This document shows positions 47,066 to 60,789 of a stretch of 64,000 bases of DNA, piece after piece. The stretch lies in assembly GCF_009914755.1 (NCBI RefSeq), contig NC_060925.1. The stretch is one strand, 5' to 3'. A model generated the notes under the pieces. The model did no database searches. It was given only the letters and a program-made list of their open reading frames with translations, and was not told the DNA's origin. This DNA comes from the human T2T-CHM13v2.0 reference genome, Homo sapiens. The position numbers and the translations under genes were made by a program. Every line of letters starts with the position of its first letter. Position 1 is the first letter of the stretch.

Positions 47066-47387
47066 AATTCTTGGTTTTCTATTGATCTTAATTCTCTTGA
47101 ATTATGGCCTCTTTAAATTCATCATGGCAATATCTTCAAACTTTTGTGAATTTCCAAATTAGCACATACTACTGTAGCAATTTCACACGAGAATTATCAG
47201 CTAGCTATAATTCTATGTACTGAGAAGCAGCATAGTACAGTAAATCATTACAGATACTTATGTGAATTCTTCATACTTTTAACGATTCTGTAATTGCAAG
47301 GCTAAACTCACTTGTACAATGATTAAAATAAATTATGTTACTAAAATGAAATCTTTATCTTAATACACCATTAAAATGGGTATAATA

Positions 47388-47725
<338 letters not shown>

Positions 47726-48483
47726 TTAATCTCATAGGTGAGATTGAGAAAAGCTTTTAGTACAGAGGCTATCAAGGAATAAGCACTCTGTATCTTATCT
47801 ATTGTTACTATTAATGTATTCCTAACAACAGCACAATTATTACTACACTAACATTAGCCAGAGATCTACCTGAATTGCAAAACCAAAGGGAAGATAATAT
47901 TCTTTTGGGGTCTATTTTCCACAAAACTTGTTCTCGACCTGAGGGTTTTACTTCCTTGCTAAGTTCTTTGCCTTTTTCATAACAGCCTGGAAGCACAGAT
48001 TGTTTATATGCACAATTTGGAAAAAAGTTTTTAATTTGAATAAGTTAAGAATTTCAGAGTCACTTAAAATTAGTATTTGAAATGTGTGTTAAATCCACAA
48101 ATTCCAAGGGTTACTGTGCTCAACATTTTAAATGTCAATATTCTACATTTTGAGGCAAAAATTGAAGGACTAGGGCAAAAATGTGAGGGGAATGGATAAA
48201 ATGCTTACTACATATAATACATGTGGCAAGGTGCTTTTATTATTTTATTTAATCCATAGAACAGTTCTATAAAGCAGATATTATTACCCCTGTTTTACAG
48301 AGGCAATATATCAGCAAAATTAAGAGATTTGCCTAAATTCCCACAATTAGCAAGTGGTCAGGATTCAAATCCAAGCCTCAAGGCATTGCTCTTTCTATCA
48401 TATCCACCAATCTAACTGTAATGTATTGTTATTCTGTTTTATCAGATTATCTTCCCCTTAGTAGTATATTTAATTTCACCTAA

Positions 48484-48832
<349 letters not shown>

Positions 48833-49948
48833 TAAAAATTTTGCATTTACGTATAAACATTCAGAATATCACCAAAACAGGGGCAATATCATCATAATTA
48901 TTTTATTATTATTATTTGCTATCACAGAGTAGTGTACAACTAACAGAACAATTATATTGGGTAAGCTGCATGAAAAACAATTGAAGAGGGAAAAATAATA
49001 TCTCCATATATATGTAATTGATTTGTACTATGCATTAATAAAGCCTGCCTTAGATTTCTGTTCTAGTTTAAACCCCGAAACAGTACCAGGCAAGGTTAGT
49101 GGCTATTGAAAATATCATTAAGGACAGGGTTATCTAAAGACACACTGGATACTACATTAATTTTGCAAAAATAAAAAGACAGTATACAGTGTTCAGTTTA
49201 AAAACAAATCATATGATCTTACATTTCAGCTTTTTTTCTTTGAAATCAGTGGTGTAATGGGGAGTTAAATACTTTTAGGCAAAAAACAAACACATACACA
49301 CACACTCACACAAAAACAAATTAATAAAACAAAAGCCTCTTTTAAAACCATCCTATTGACTATCATCATTTTTTTCTTCACCCTTTTCATCTTTCTATTC
49401 ACCAATGTCTTTCCAGTCCTTTTTTTCTTTTCTTCTTTTTTCTTTTTCCAGTTTTTCCAACTTCCCCTTTCCCTGCATCAGACTTTCTTTTATCCCAGAA
49501 TACAGCAATAGCCTTTATATCTATAATCTTAAAAGCCTTTCTTTCCTCGAGGCTGTATATTATCTGCAGCAGTAATTCTTCATTTCTTTCATTTCTCTCA
49601 GTTTTCTTACATCATCGCCAATGAATTAGCCAAGATGTTCTCCTGTGCTCTTTTGGTGAAATTTTCAGAACAAAACAAGAAAAAGGAGATCCCTTTGGTA
49701 CATTAGAATCCTGGAACTTCTTTCTTCTCTCTCTTTCTCTCTCTCGTTTCCTTGTAGACAGAATATAGATTTTTGTTTCTTTCTTATAATGGGCCTGTTC
49801 ACCTTCACCCTGTCTTCAAATTTTTTCTTTCTCTTTAGCAGAAATGAATTTCCATCTTTTCTGAACATAAAAAAAAGAAGAATTCTAAGAAGTTGACTGA
49901 AGCATCTGGGTGCTTTTTCTTGGGCTCCTTCTGGCAAGTTGGCAGAAC

Positions 49949-50190
49949 GAAGGAAAGAAGGCAGGGAAGGAGGGAGAGAGGAGGGAGGGGAGGAAGGAAG
50001 GAAGGAAGGAAGGGAGGGAGGGAGGGAGGAAGGGAGGGAGGGAGGGAGGGGGAAGGGAGGGGAGGGGAGGGAAGGAAGGAGGCAGGCAGAGAGGTGGGGG
50101 AAAAGAGAAAAAAAAAAGAAAGAGAAAGGAAGAAAGGAAGGAAGGGAGAGAGTGAGAAGGAGAGAAAGAAAAAGAGATCGGAAGAAAAGC
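49949..50190 (+). repeat. Purine-rich (GGAA/GGGA/GA) low-complexity tract
   Basis: ~240 bp of almost pure A/G on the + strand. Confidence 0.95.
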
Positions 50191-50969
50191 ATGCAAAGGC
50201 ATTTTGCCTCTTACTCCCTTGGATCTCCTTTCCCCAAGTGTCTAGTTAACTTTTCCTCAGCCAGGCAGTCACCCAGTACCTGTTTTGCTCTTACTTGCCC
50301 TGACACTGTCTGTAGCGCTTAATGCTTTGCCATGACTGTCTTCTTATTTAAAAAATAGTTCCATAATAAAAGTTCATTATTTCCTTCTGTCAGCCAAGAA
50401 AGTATGTAGCTTTCTATGTTTTCTACCTGTCTGTAACTCCAACCCTGCCCCAACATGAGGCAGGGTTGATTTCTCATTCTTTAACAATGTTACTTCTCAA
50501 AAGCAAGCATAGGGTTAATTACAGCTTAGATTCCACTAGGTTCTCCCAAAGCAATGCTTCCATTGGTTAATGGAGTGATTGAGTCTCTGCCTCTTTACCT
50601 GTTTTCCCCACTCTCAGACCTATTGCAATCCCTTTAATTGCTAAAATAACACAGTAGTAGCATACTGCTAAGAAAGACAGATGGAGAAAATATGGCATTG
50701 GTTCTGCCACTTTTTAGCAATGTGATCTTGGTCAAGCAAACTTTCTGAATCTTTACTTATTCATCAGTAAAATGGACTTAATAATCACTTATGTCTATTT
50801 CACTGATTGCAGCGACTTCATAAATGAAATAATTCATGTGAAACTATTTTGTAACATGTAATGCCCTTTAAATATGTTGGCTGTTATAATTGTTACTATT
50901 ACTAAATAGTAACCTGAAAAATTATCGGTAGAGATAGTTTGCTAGCAGCTTGGTTCTTTCCTTTAGACT

Positions 50970-51720
50970 GTTTTGGTTACCTTTTGTTATGTGACAAACC
51001 ATCCCAAAACTTAGTGACTTAAAACAGGGGTCAGCAGCAAACTACAGCCCATGAGCCAACAGTCAGTTTTTATAAGTAAAGATTTATAGCCACACAGTGA
51101 CACTCATTCATTTACACATGGTCTGTGTCTCCTCTGTGTTACAGGGTAGAGTTGAGTACCTGTGCCAGAGATGATATGACCCACAAGCCTAAAACACTGT
51201 CTGGTCCTTTAAGAAAATGTCTGCCCACACCTGGCTTAAAACAACAATGATTTATTATTTCTCACAATTCTGTTTTGGCAAACTGGGCATTATCGCTGCT
51301 GGTCTCACTTGGGATCACTCAACTGGCTGCAACTTTCTGATGACTTGACTGAGACTGAAGGTCTCAGACAGCCTTGCTCACATGTCTGGCAGGTGGTGAC
51401 TGTCAGCTGGGGCATCTTCACTTCCCTGAACAGCCTTTCCTTCTCCAGTGGGGTAGACTGACTTCTTCACAGCATGGTTGTCTTGGGATGCTAATAAGGC
51501 AAGAGCAGAAATGCAAGGCCTCTCAAAGCTAGTCTCTGGAACTCATACAGTAGCATTTATATCATATTCTGCCAGTCAAGGCAAGCCACTTTGCCAACCC
51601 AGATTCAAGAGTTGGGGAAATAGGCTCTACTTCTTAATGGCAGGAGTATCACATTGCAAAGGCCTATGGACCCAAACTAGTTTGATTCACTGGGGATGGC
51701 TATTAATATGATCTACCACA
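50970..51720 (-). mobile_element. MLT1-type LTR with nested MER58A
   Basis: ccaaaacttagtgacttaaaa[MER58]caacaatgatttattatttctcacaattctg ... atctaccaca. Confidence 0.7.
51025..51233. mobile_element. MER58A hAT-Charlie MITE
   Basis: caggggtcagc...cctg termini; 8-bp TSD acttaaaa/gcttaaaa. Confidence 0.75.
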
Positions 51721-51866
51721 GACTACTTTAAGTAAACTGTTTCTATGTGGCCTAGATTGAGTTTGTATTTTGCAGAAACTGAATTCTGCTGGAATGTGCC
51801 AGTTAGAATGATCCTAGTGCTGTTATTATATAAACCTTTTTTGTTGTTGTTCTGTTTCATTGACAG

Positions 51867-52018
51867 CTTTTCTTAGTGACACTAAAGATCGAGGCCCTCC
51901 AGTGCAGTCACAGATCTGGAGAAGTGGTGAAAAGGTCCCGTTTGTGCAGACATATTCCTTGAGAGCATTTGAGAAACCCCCTCAGGTACAGACCCAGGCT
52001 ATTCGAGACTTTGAGAAG
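51867..52018 (+). CDS. PDE4DIP: PDE4DIP coding exon (152 nt; AFLSDTKDRGPP...QTQAIRDFEK), start of CM1/gamma-TuNA motif
   Basis: Pyrimidine-rich acceptor ...gtttcattgacag|CT and perfect donor AAG|gtaagt; 50 sense codons. (L/I)RDFEK precedes HLNDLKKENFSLKLRIYFLEE in myomegalin; that next exon is not in the window. Confidence 0.93.
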
Positions 52019-52220
52019 GTAAGTCATGTGAGTGGATAATTGTTATCCCAATTAGAAGCAGTACTATGGAATAGTGATGCCTGATAAAAATATGACCCAT
52101 GGATTGGTCCGGATTATGGATGGTATTATCATTATGGTGTCTCTTTCAAGAGCATGTCCCAATAAACATATGCTCTGTCAGCTGTGTGCTGGGGGGTGTG
52201 GTTATGGACCCTTGCCTGTA

Positions 52221-52721
52221 CAGCAGTCCCTCCTTTGGATGCCTCAAACTGCATAGTACTGAACCCTATATTTACTATGTCTTTTTCTATACATACATAC
52301 TTAGGATAAAGTTTAATTTATAAATTAAATGTTAATGAGGCTAACAGTAGTTAATAATAACATAGAACAATTATAACAATATACCAGCATTACTACTCTT
52401 GCACTTTTACATTGTTAAGTAAAATAGGAGTTACTTGAACACAAGCGCTGTGATACTGCAACAATCTGATAACCCAGACAGTACTGAGTGACTAACTGGT
52501 GGGCGATATATACAGCCTGGATGTGCTGGACAAAGGGATGATTCAAGGGTGAGATAGAGTGGATGGCACGAGATTTCATCATGCTGCTCAGAACAATGTG
52601 CAATTTAAAATTTATGAGTTGTTCATTTCTAGAATTTTCTATTTAACATTTTCAGACTGTGGTTGACTGTGGGTAACTGACACCATGGAAAGCAAAACTG
52701 TGGATAAGGGGGGACTAACTG
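52221..52721. mobile_element. TcMar-Tigger derivative (Tigger2/MER44-like)
   Basis: TA|cagcagtccctcctt ... ggataaggggggactaactg|TA: TIRs with TA target duplication. Confidence 0.8.
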
Positions 52722-53707
52722 TACCAGTAAATGCTGCCTCATCACCTACACCCTTGGTTTACTTCTCAGATAAACTCAGGAAGTTTAAATGGCATTCTGA
52801 GAATCTGTAGCTGCAACATAGTGAGCCCAGGAGTCCCGGTCCAGCAGCTAGTATTAAATTCTCTGTTGCTAGCTTGGACCTCTCTCGATATCTAGGAATT
52901 GTCTGCAGTGTGCGGTGGCACAGTAACAACCATTTGTTTCTCAACAAGAATCTGATAATGTTGCTTGAACCTCCTGAACCAGTGCTGCATGCTCTGCTTC
53001 TTCATATGTTTGTCCTTAGATTTGACCAAAAACAATAACTGATAATGTAATACAGATTCCCCAGCTCCCTGTGAGCTGGGTTGAGCCCAGGAAGTCTGTA
53101 CAAGAGAGCATGTCTACTGGGATTTAAATAGCCCAGAAACAGGCAGCCGGAATTTCTTACACGCTTGTGCTCTAAAAAAAAAAAAAAAAAGGAAGAAAGA
53201 AATAGCTCTTTGGTGCCCCCTCAGGGATACCCAGCAAGCAGGTCCCACATAAATAATGTGTAAATAGTCTGTGAGATACTGGGGTTTCTCTCATTCTGGA
53301 ATTGGAATTGATAACTTTTGACAGAAAAAAAAAAGTAAAATTCTAATCTCAAAAAATTTTGTGTTGACATGGGTTTACCCCATCTTCCCTCAATTTGTAA
53401 GTAGAAATATTTCACCAATACTTTCTGTACATCCTACCAGATATTTCTGTGGGCAAAGGATATGCACCATATAACATGTGCCTAAGAATTAACAGCCTAT
53501 TCTTCAAATTTTATGCTTAGCATTCTCATGTATACTGTGTGTATGTTTTTTTTAAGACATGGAGAGTTTGCATGGTAATCAAGAGGCTTTTGAAGACTAA
53601 ACCTCCAAACAGCTGTCTGGTGCTGGTGGGGGAAGCAAGGATGCTAACACCTCAACCCCTTCCTTTTTTTGTTTTTTTTTTCACCTTTTGGATCTGCTGT
53701 GATGCAG

Positions 53708-53800
53708 AAAGGGCAAGCAGAGCTGCAGAGCTCCTCAAAACTGTGTGGGGTGCTCTCCAAAGGCGAGCCAGCCTGCATGTTCCTTTTCATTGAGAGATGA
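53708..53800 (+). CDS. PDE4DIP: Candidate alternative terminal coding exon of a short PDE4DIP isoform (KGQAELQSSSKLCGVLSKGEPACMFLFIER*)
   Basis: Branch point tgctaac at 53642-53648, long pyrimidine tract, first downstream AG at 53706-53707; phase 0 matches the 52018 donor; TGA 53798-53800; AATAAA at 54008. Confidence 0.6.
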   Translation, partial: KGQAELQSSSKLCGVLSKGEPACMFLFIER

Positions 53801-54007
53801 CTGGAAATATAGAAATGAGGGGTGTCACCTCCATTGAAAGAATGGGTGGCAGATATAAGGCCCAAAGTCCTTTTCTTTTAGAGTTTAGATCTAATATGAC
53901 AGATTAGTCCTTATTTCTCGATGCTGGGAAACACTGACAGAAACCAAGCTAAGACGCAGGGAAAAGGCCAATAAGAGATAGTTTAAATCTCTCTCTGCTA
54001 TGTGTCA

Positions 54008-54013
54008 AATAAA
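54008..54013 (+). terminator. Candidate polyadenylation signal (AATAAA) for the short isoform
   Basis: AATAAA ~210 nt after the TGA of the candidate terminal exon; GU-rich sequence (gtgttgtgt, gtttgtt) at ~54080-54100. Confidence 0.45.
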
Positions 54014-55370
54014 AAGTAAATAAAGAGGCTACAACCCACTTCAGGCTTGATCAGAAAGTCATTGCCGGTAAATCATGCAGTGTTGTGTCACACGTTTGTT
54101 CATTTTCATATCCATTCATCCATCCTGTGGACTCTGAATGACAGCACCTAAAATACAAAACGCCTCCATGAAAGGGTTTAAAAATTAGAGAAAACATTGG
54201 TTAGAAAAAATATAGGAGAGATAGGAACACATTCCTATGCCCTACCCTAAAAATGGTAAAATACTAAATAACATGGTATTTTCTGTAAAGTTTAAAATAT
54301 GCATTCGATAGCCTTGGGATATAGGATAGGTAGCAGTACTCAGAGAGAGGAAGGGACATGCTAAATGTTTTTTGCCAAAGTAGGGTCGACTCCTCCAGGG
54401 CTTAAAGACAAAGGGATACAGGCCTGGAAGAAGCAGCCAGGAATCCCTTCTTATTTCATTTATCCATGCAACAAACACATGATCACATTAAATGAGATAC
54501 TTTAGTTCCTGCCCTTAGATAGTTATAGTCTATTTGGAAGTACAGACATTGCATTAAATACAATATAGCATGGCAAGTGCTTTCATAGAGATAAGGACAG
54601 TACACTCTGAGATCTTGAGAGAAAATGTCTACTTTTATTAAAGGAGTAGGGAAAGGCCTCTTACCAGAGGACATTTCTCCTGGGGGCTTCACGTTGAGCA
54701 GGGTCTCCAAAGCTGAGTTAGATTTTACTAGTCAGAGAAGTAGAGTATAATATTCCAGACAGAGGGGAGATTTGGGGGAAGAAAGAGAGATATGTTCAAA
54801 TAAGAGACTGGACTATAGAGAGGTAAGAAAAAGAGAGTTAGAACAGGAGAGAAGTAATATTAAAAGTACTCAATCTGTCAAAAGTAATTATAATTGTTCA
54901 GTAATGCAGTTACCTCTAAAATGTTTGCTGATGTAGGAAATTCTAGAGAAAAAAGGCCCTTTGATTACAGGGAAAGAGATAACAGACTAAAAATGCAAAT
55001 ACTGGCACATTATGGAACCAAAACATAATTAGTCAATTAACAAGCGAAAATGACAATTATCATTTATGTTGGTGTAGAAAAAAGGGACAAAGAAAGCAAC
55101 ATTTCCAACATACAACAGTGTTTCTTTTCTTTCATTCTCCACCCACAACCAACAGCATGGTTGTATGTGTATACAAACTCCAATTGTATGTTTGTCAGGT
55201 TGAGGTCAATAGGTATTACACTCCATGATGAAAGGAGGGCATTGCTTAGCATATATGCTTCATTTGTATTTTTGAATGAGTGAGTGATTTAATTAATTTC
55301 CCAACCTTACCAACTTCGTTATGTAGGCGCTTTTCCCCACTCAGAGAATCCACTGATGAAGGGATTCTCT

Positions 55371-55448
55371 GTGGGTTTAGTGTATTGAGCAGTGGGTTTA
55401 GTGTATTGAGCAGTGGGTTTAGTGTATTGAGCAGTGGGTTAAGTGTAT
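55371..55448 (+). repeat. 21-bp tandem minisatellite (gtgggtttagtgtattgagca) x ~3.7
   Basis: Three perfect units plus one partial unit. Confidence 0.95.
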
Positions 55449-55835
55449 CTCATAAGTTGTTTTATTTTGTCTTTATAAGACACAGAACAAGCATCACTCT
55501 CCCCATTTTTTAAGTGAGGGAACCAGGACTCACGGAAATTGTGACTTTTTCAGGGCCATAAGTTTATGTACCATGATCACAAATCTGAACACATTATTGG
55601 ATCAGAAATAAATTTTACCTACAAATGGTCACAATGATGTGTTGAGAAAAATCCCTTGCCCTATGCTTTCTCACTGATCACAGCACCCAGCTGCAGCATC
55701 TCTGGAATGAGCAAGACTTCAGCAGCACATACTTAATACTGGCTAGCATTTGATGATCACTTTCTATGTGGCAGATATTGCTCTAAGTATGTGACAGCAT
55801 GATCTCATTTACAACAACCTTGTGAAAAGGCATGT

Positions 55836-56532
55836 TCACCAGTTAGAATGGCGATCATTAAAAATCAGGAAACAACAGGTGCTGGAGAGGATGTGGAGAC
55901 ATAGGAACGCTTTTACACTGCTGGTGGGAGTGTAAATTAGTTCAACCATTATAAAAGACAGTGTGACAATTCTTCAAGGATCTAGAACTAGAAATACCAT
56001 TTGACCCAGCAATCCCATTACTGGGTATATACCCAAAGGATTATAAATCATTCTACTATAAAGACACATGCACACGTATGTTTATTGCAGCACTATTAAC
56101 AATGGCAAAGACTTGGAACCAACCCAAATGCCCATTAATGTTAGAATGGATAAAGAAAATGTGGCACATATACGCCATGGAATACTATGCAGCCATAAAA
56201 AAAGAATGAGTTCATGTCCTTTGCAGGGACGTGGATGAAGCTGAAAACCATCATTCTCAGCAAACTAACACAGGAACAGAAAACCAAACACCCTATGTTC
56301 TCACACATAAATGGGAGTTGACTAATGAGAACACATGGACACAGGGAGGGGATCATCACGCACAGGGGCCTGTCAGGGGCTGTGGGGCAAGGTGAGGGAT
56401 AATATTAGGAGAAATACCTAATATAGATGACGGGTTGATGGGTGCGGCAAACCAACATGGCACACGTATACTGTGCAACAAACCTGCACGTTCTGCACAT
56501 GTATCCCAGAACTTCAAATATAATAAAAAAAA
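55836..56532 (+). mobile_element. 5'-truncated L1PA (about L1PA7) 3' end, inserted in a MIR
   Basis: ORF2 C-terminus, 3' UTR and polyA; imperfect TSD gaaaaggcatg/gaaaagccatg. Confidence 0.9.
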
Positions 56533-57320
56533 GAAAAGCCATGATTATTATTCCAGTTTACAAATGATGAACTAATGGCAAAAAGAATAACAAAGGAACT
56601 TGCCCAATAACTCATGATTGAGCCTGAAAACACCTGATGTCTTTGTGACCTAAAGATAGTGGGCATGTCCTATGTTGGGGAACTCAGCTGGTGAAAGTTT
56701 GGTGCTAATGAAGGTGTTGGCTTATTTGGAAATGGAATCACTAGTTCCTCCTATTTAGATTGATGCAGATTGAAATTCTACCAGATTCCTGCCTCTCTAG
56801 GTAAACTGTAAATCCACTTTTGTCTTCCAATATTCTCTATTACATGATTTTTACTCTATTAATTCTGAACTGCTTGCAATTCAAAGCTGTTTCATACTTT
56901 CATTTATTTGTACCTGCTGTTCCCTCTGCCTTGAAAACCTTTTCTCTCCTATTGTTTATTTGGTTAAAGTTTACTCATCCTTCAAGATTCAGCTCAGGTG
57001 CCTTTTTAAATTTATTTATTTTTTAATTTTAGGATGCCTTCTCTTACTCTCTAATCCCAGAATATATACCAAGACTCTAAGCTCCTTGAGGGCAGAAAAC
57101 ACCTCTTGCCCATTCTTTTCTAGTCTCTAGAATATAGCATGATGTAGTACATAGTAAGTGCTCAGTAAATATTCATCAACTAAACTAGCTGAAAAGTATT
57201 AAAAATTAGATATCCTATTGGATTTGTATCTCTTCTGCCTCTACCTGGTATTCACAATAAGTTGAACAGTTTTAAGGAGGGTATTGGTGTGTTAATTGAT
57301 TGGGTAGGATGGGAAACTAG

Positions 57321-57650
<330 letters not shown>

Positions 57651-59052
57651 TCTTTTCCACTTTAAATGGAACGATAAAACTAAAAATGAAAAGGACGGGA
57701 GAGAAAGAGTCTTTTTGAAATAATATTTGACAGGATTTATTAAGAAGATCACAATAGTAGCTAATAACAATAAATACTATTTGAGTGCTCATTATGCACC
57801 AGGTACTTTTCTAGATATTTGACATATTTAATTTAGTGTATTTTCAGTTCATTTTCCTAACTTATGAGATAGATATTATTTTTACAACCATTATACTAGT
57901 GAAGAGATCAAGGTTCAAATAACTTGCCCAAAGTTATATAAGAATAAAGTAACGGAACCACTGTAACTCCAATGATTCCAAAGCTCTTGGGGAAATGAAA
58001 GGACTCTCAGAGAAGGAGAGCATTACATTGGTGGAATGCCTGCATTTGGGTTTTTTACATAGAATCAACATGGCAGACGGTACAGAAAAGCCACGGAAGG
58101 GTGGGAGTCTTTGGCTATAAAATCAAGAGGGGGCCTCCACTGCCCTGTCCTGTTTACACATTTTTCTAATAATGTTGTCTTTAACAAGAAAATATCATCA
58201 AAACCAGCTATAGTGTATGCCTAACTGTACTCTGCAGCTTTCCTTGGCAGTCTGAATCTAACCGCAGTGAGTCAGCCTGTTCAGGTCCCACCCATCCTGG
58301 TGAACTTTTCCACTTGAATCTTGAAGTCTTTGGGGAGAAAAAAGAAGAAAAAAAGTGCTAAAAGCAGAAGGCTTTTTCATTTTGGGGAGTTTCTGGAGCT
58401 CTGAGTTATCACAGTCTGGGTAACCTGTGCTAATTTAGGTTAATTGGGGTCCTGTCACTGCCCTCTTTATGTTCCACAATTTTGGTGCTTCTCGAGTGTT
58501 TCTCTCTAATTACAGCCTTGGAAAATGAATACTACTAGTGAAGTGCATTTTTATTTTAAAAAAATGCATTCATTCTTCCAAACCACAGTGTCCCAAACAT
58601 ACTGGTTTTGTTTTCACTGGTATCTTAAGACATTCAAAAAGTTACTAGGAGGCAGGGGGTAAATATTAAACTTTCAGCAATCACAAGTGCAGTTTGTTTT
58701 CCCTTTTCAATCTCATGTTTAAAAAGGGAAACAGAAGGCTTCCACACACAGGCATTCCACAGACTTTCCATGCAAAGTTTTCTTTCCTAAGCAACATTAC
58801 CAAAGATATGAATCAAATCAATTACTTTTTTTCTTATAGAACTACAGAGTAAAAGGAATGCTTCTGAGTGCTGTAGAATATACAAAGATGGACATGAGAT
58901 TCCATTCTCAAAGAATGTACAATCTGATTGGGGCATAAAAAAATTTAAATTATACAAGATTTAATTTAAATAACATCTAAGGCAATATTGAAAGAGATAT
59001 TTCAAGATGGGAGTACTTGCCAAACTAATGTATGTTTTTAAAACTTAAATAT

Positions 59053-59432
<380 letters not shown>

Positions 59433-60138
59433 TTACATTTGGTCATGCAATTAATAAAGAAACTTTATCAAAAAGAATGAAATTACAAAAGTTGGACAAC
59501 CCTGAACATTCTGAAAGGTATGATTACCAACACAGAAAAGAGAGCAACCACTTTCACAGAGAATGTAGCACTTGAATTAGAATAATTCTTTTCGTAATTT
59601 TAAATTATCTCCTTTCTGTCTCCTCATTAAAACTTGTTTTCTTCTCTTCTCCCGTTGTTCGAAGAGAAGCCTTATCTTTCTTTCTGTGGACTTTGCAAAG
59701 TTTCCATTCTAATGATAATTTCCATTCCAATACTAAATTTAAAAAATAGCAACAAAGATCATGATACCAATTAATATTTGTAAGTGCTTACAGTGTGCCA
59801 AGTTCTGAGAATGCGCTTGACCTTATTATCTTATTCAGTTCTCCTAATAGTCTTTTGAGGTTGGTACAACCATTGTCTTTGTTTGTAGAGAGACACTGAA
59901 GCTAGGAAAACACTAGTAATTGATGGCAAGTGCTGGAGCTGGGATTTGGACATAAGTGTACTGGTTCTAGTGCCTAAACTCTTAGCCACAATTTTATTAT
60001 GCTTACTGATAGCTGACCCCCTTATTCATTTGTTTGTTAATCCACTCATCCATTTATGAGTGCATCGTGTGTGCCAGGCCATGTTCTAGCTGTTAGTTGC
60101 ACAATGATCAAGAATGAATGTATGAAAATATGTATTTT

Positions 60139-60437
60139 CGGCCGGGCGTGGTGGCTCACACCTGTAATTCCAGCACTTTAGGAGGCTGAGGCAGGCGGAT
60201 CACCTGAGGTCAGGAGTTCGAGACCAGCCTGGCCAACATGGTAAAACCCTGTCTCTCCTAAAAATACAAAAATTAGCCAGGTGTGGTGGTGCACACCTGT
60301 AATCCCAGCTACTCAGGAGGCTGAGGCAGGAGAATCGCTTGAACCCAGGAGGCAGAGGTTGCACTGAGCCGAGATTGCCACTGTACTCCAGCCTGGGTGA
60401 CAGAGCTAGACTCCGTCTCAAAAAAAACAAAAAAAAG
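60139..60437 (+). mobile_element. AluSx
   Basis: Alu dimer with polyA. Confidence 0.92.
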
Positions 60438-60789
60438 AAAATGTATGTTCAAGGATGAGTGTTTATATTTCAGTATTCTCTATACCAATACAATATTAGT
60501 ACTCAAGGTGAGGATTATTTCAAGTGTGGAATATATATACAATAGAACATTATAGAGCAATGTACTGACTTGGGAGGATGTCCATTATAACAAATTTAAG
60601 ATTAAACAAAACAACGGCAACAACAATTTGACTGAATATTACAAAAAATAAGATCTCATTTTTGAGGGAGAAAAGATGGAAATGTCTGGAAGGATACATA
60701 CCAAAACATTGATATTGATTATGTCTGGATGATGGAATTAGCCTATTGCCTTCTTTATAACTGAGTATTATATTTATTTTAATTATCTA

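Noticed and set aside
49665-50322. Long low-complexity ORFs (LPPSLPS / EGGREGG)
   Set aside because: Translations of the purine microsatellite inside the HMGB1 pseudogene.
53590-53615. Short 7SK-like words (aacctccaaacagct; also acgtagggta at 27861)
   Set aside because: Matches are 10-15 nt and do not extend collinearly.
55371-55448. Regularly repeated 21-mer, superficially CRISPR- or telomere-like
   Set aside because: Head-to-tail units with no spacers, eukaryotic context, and not TTAGGG-based.
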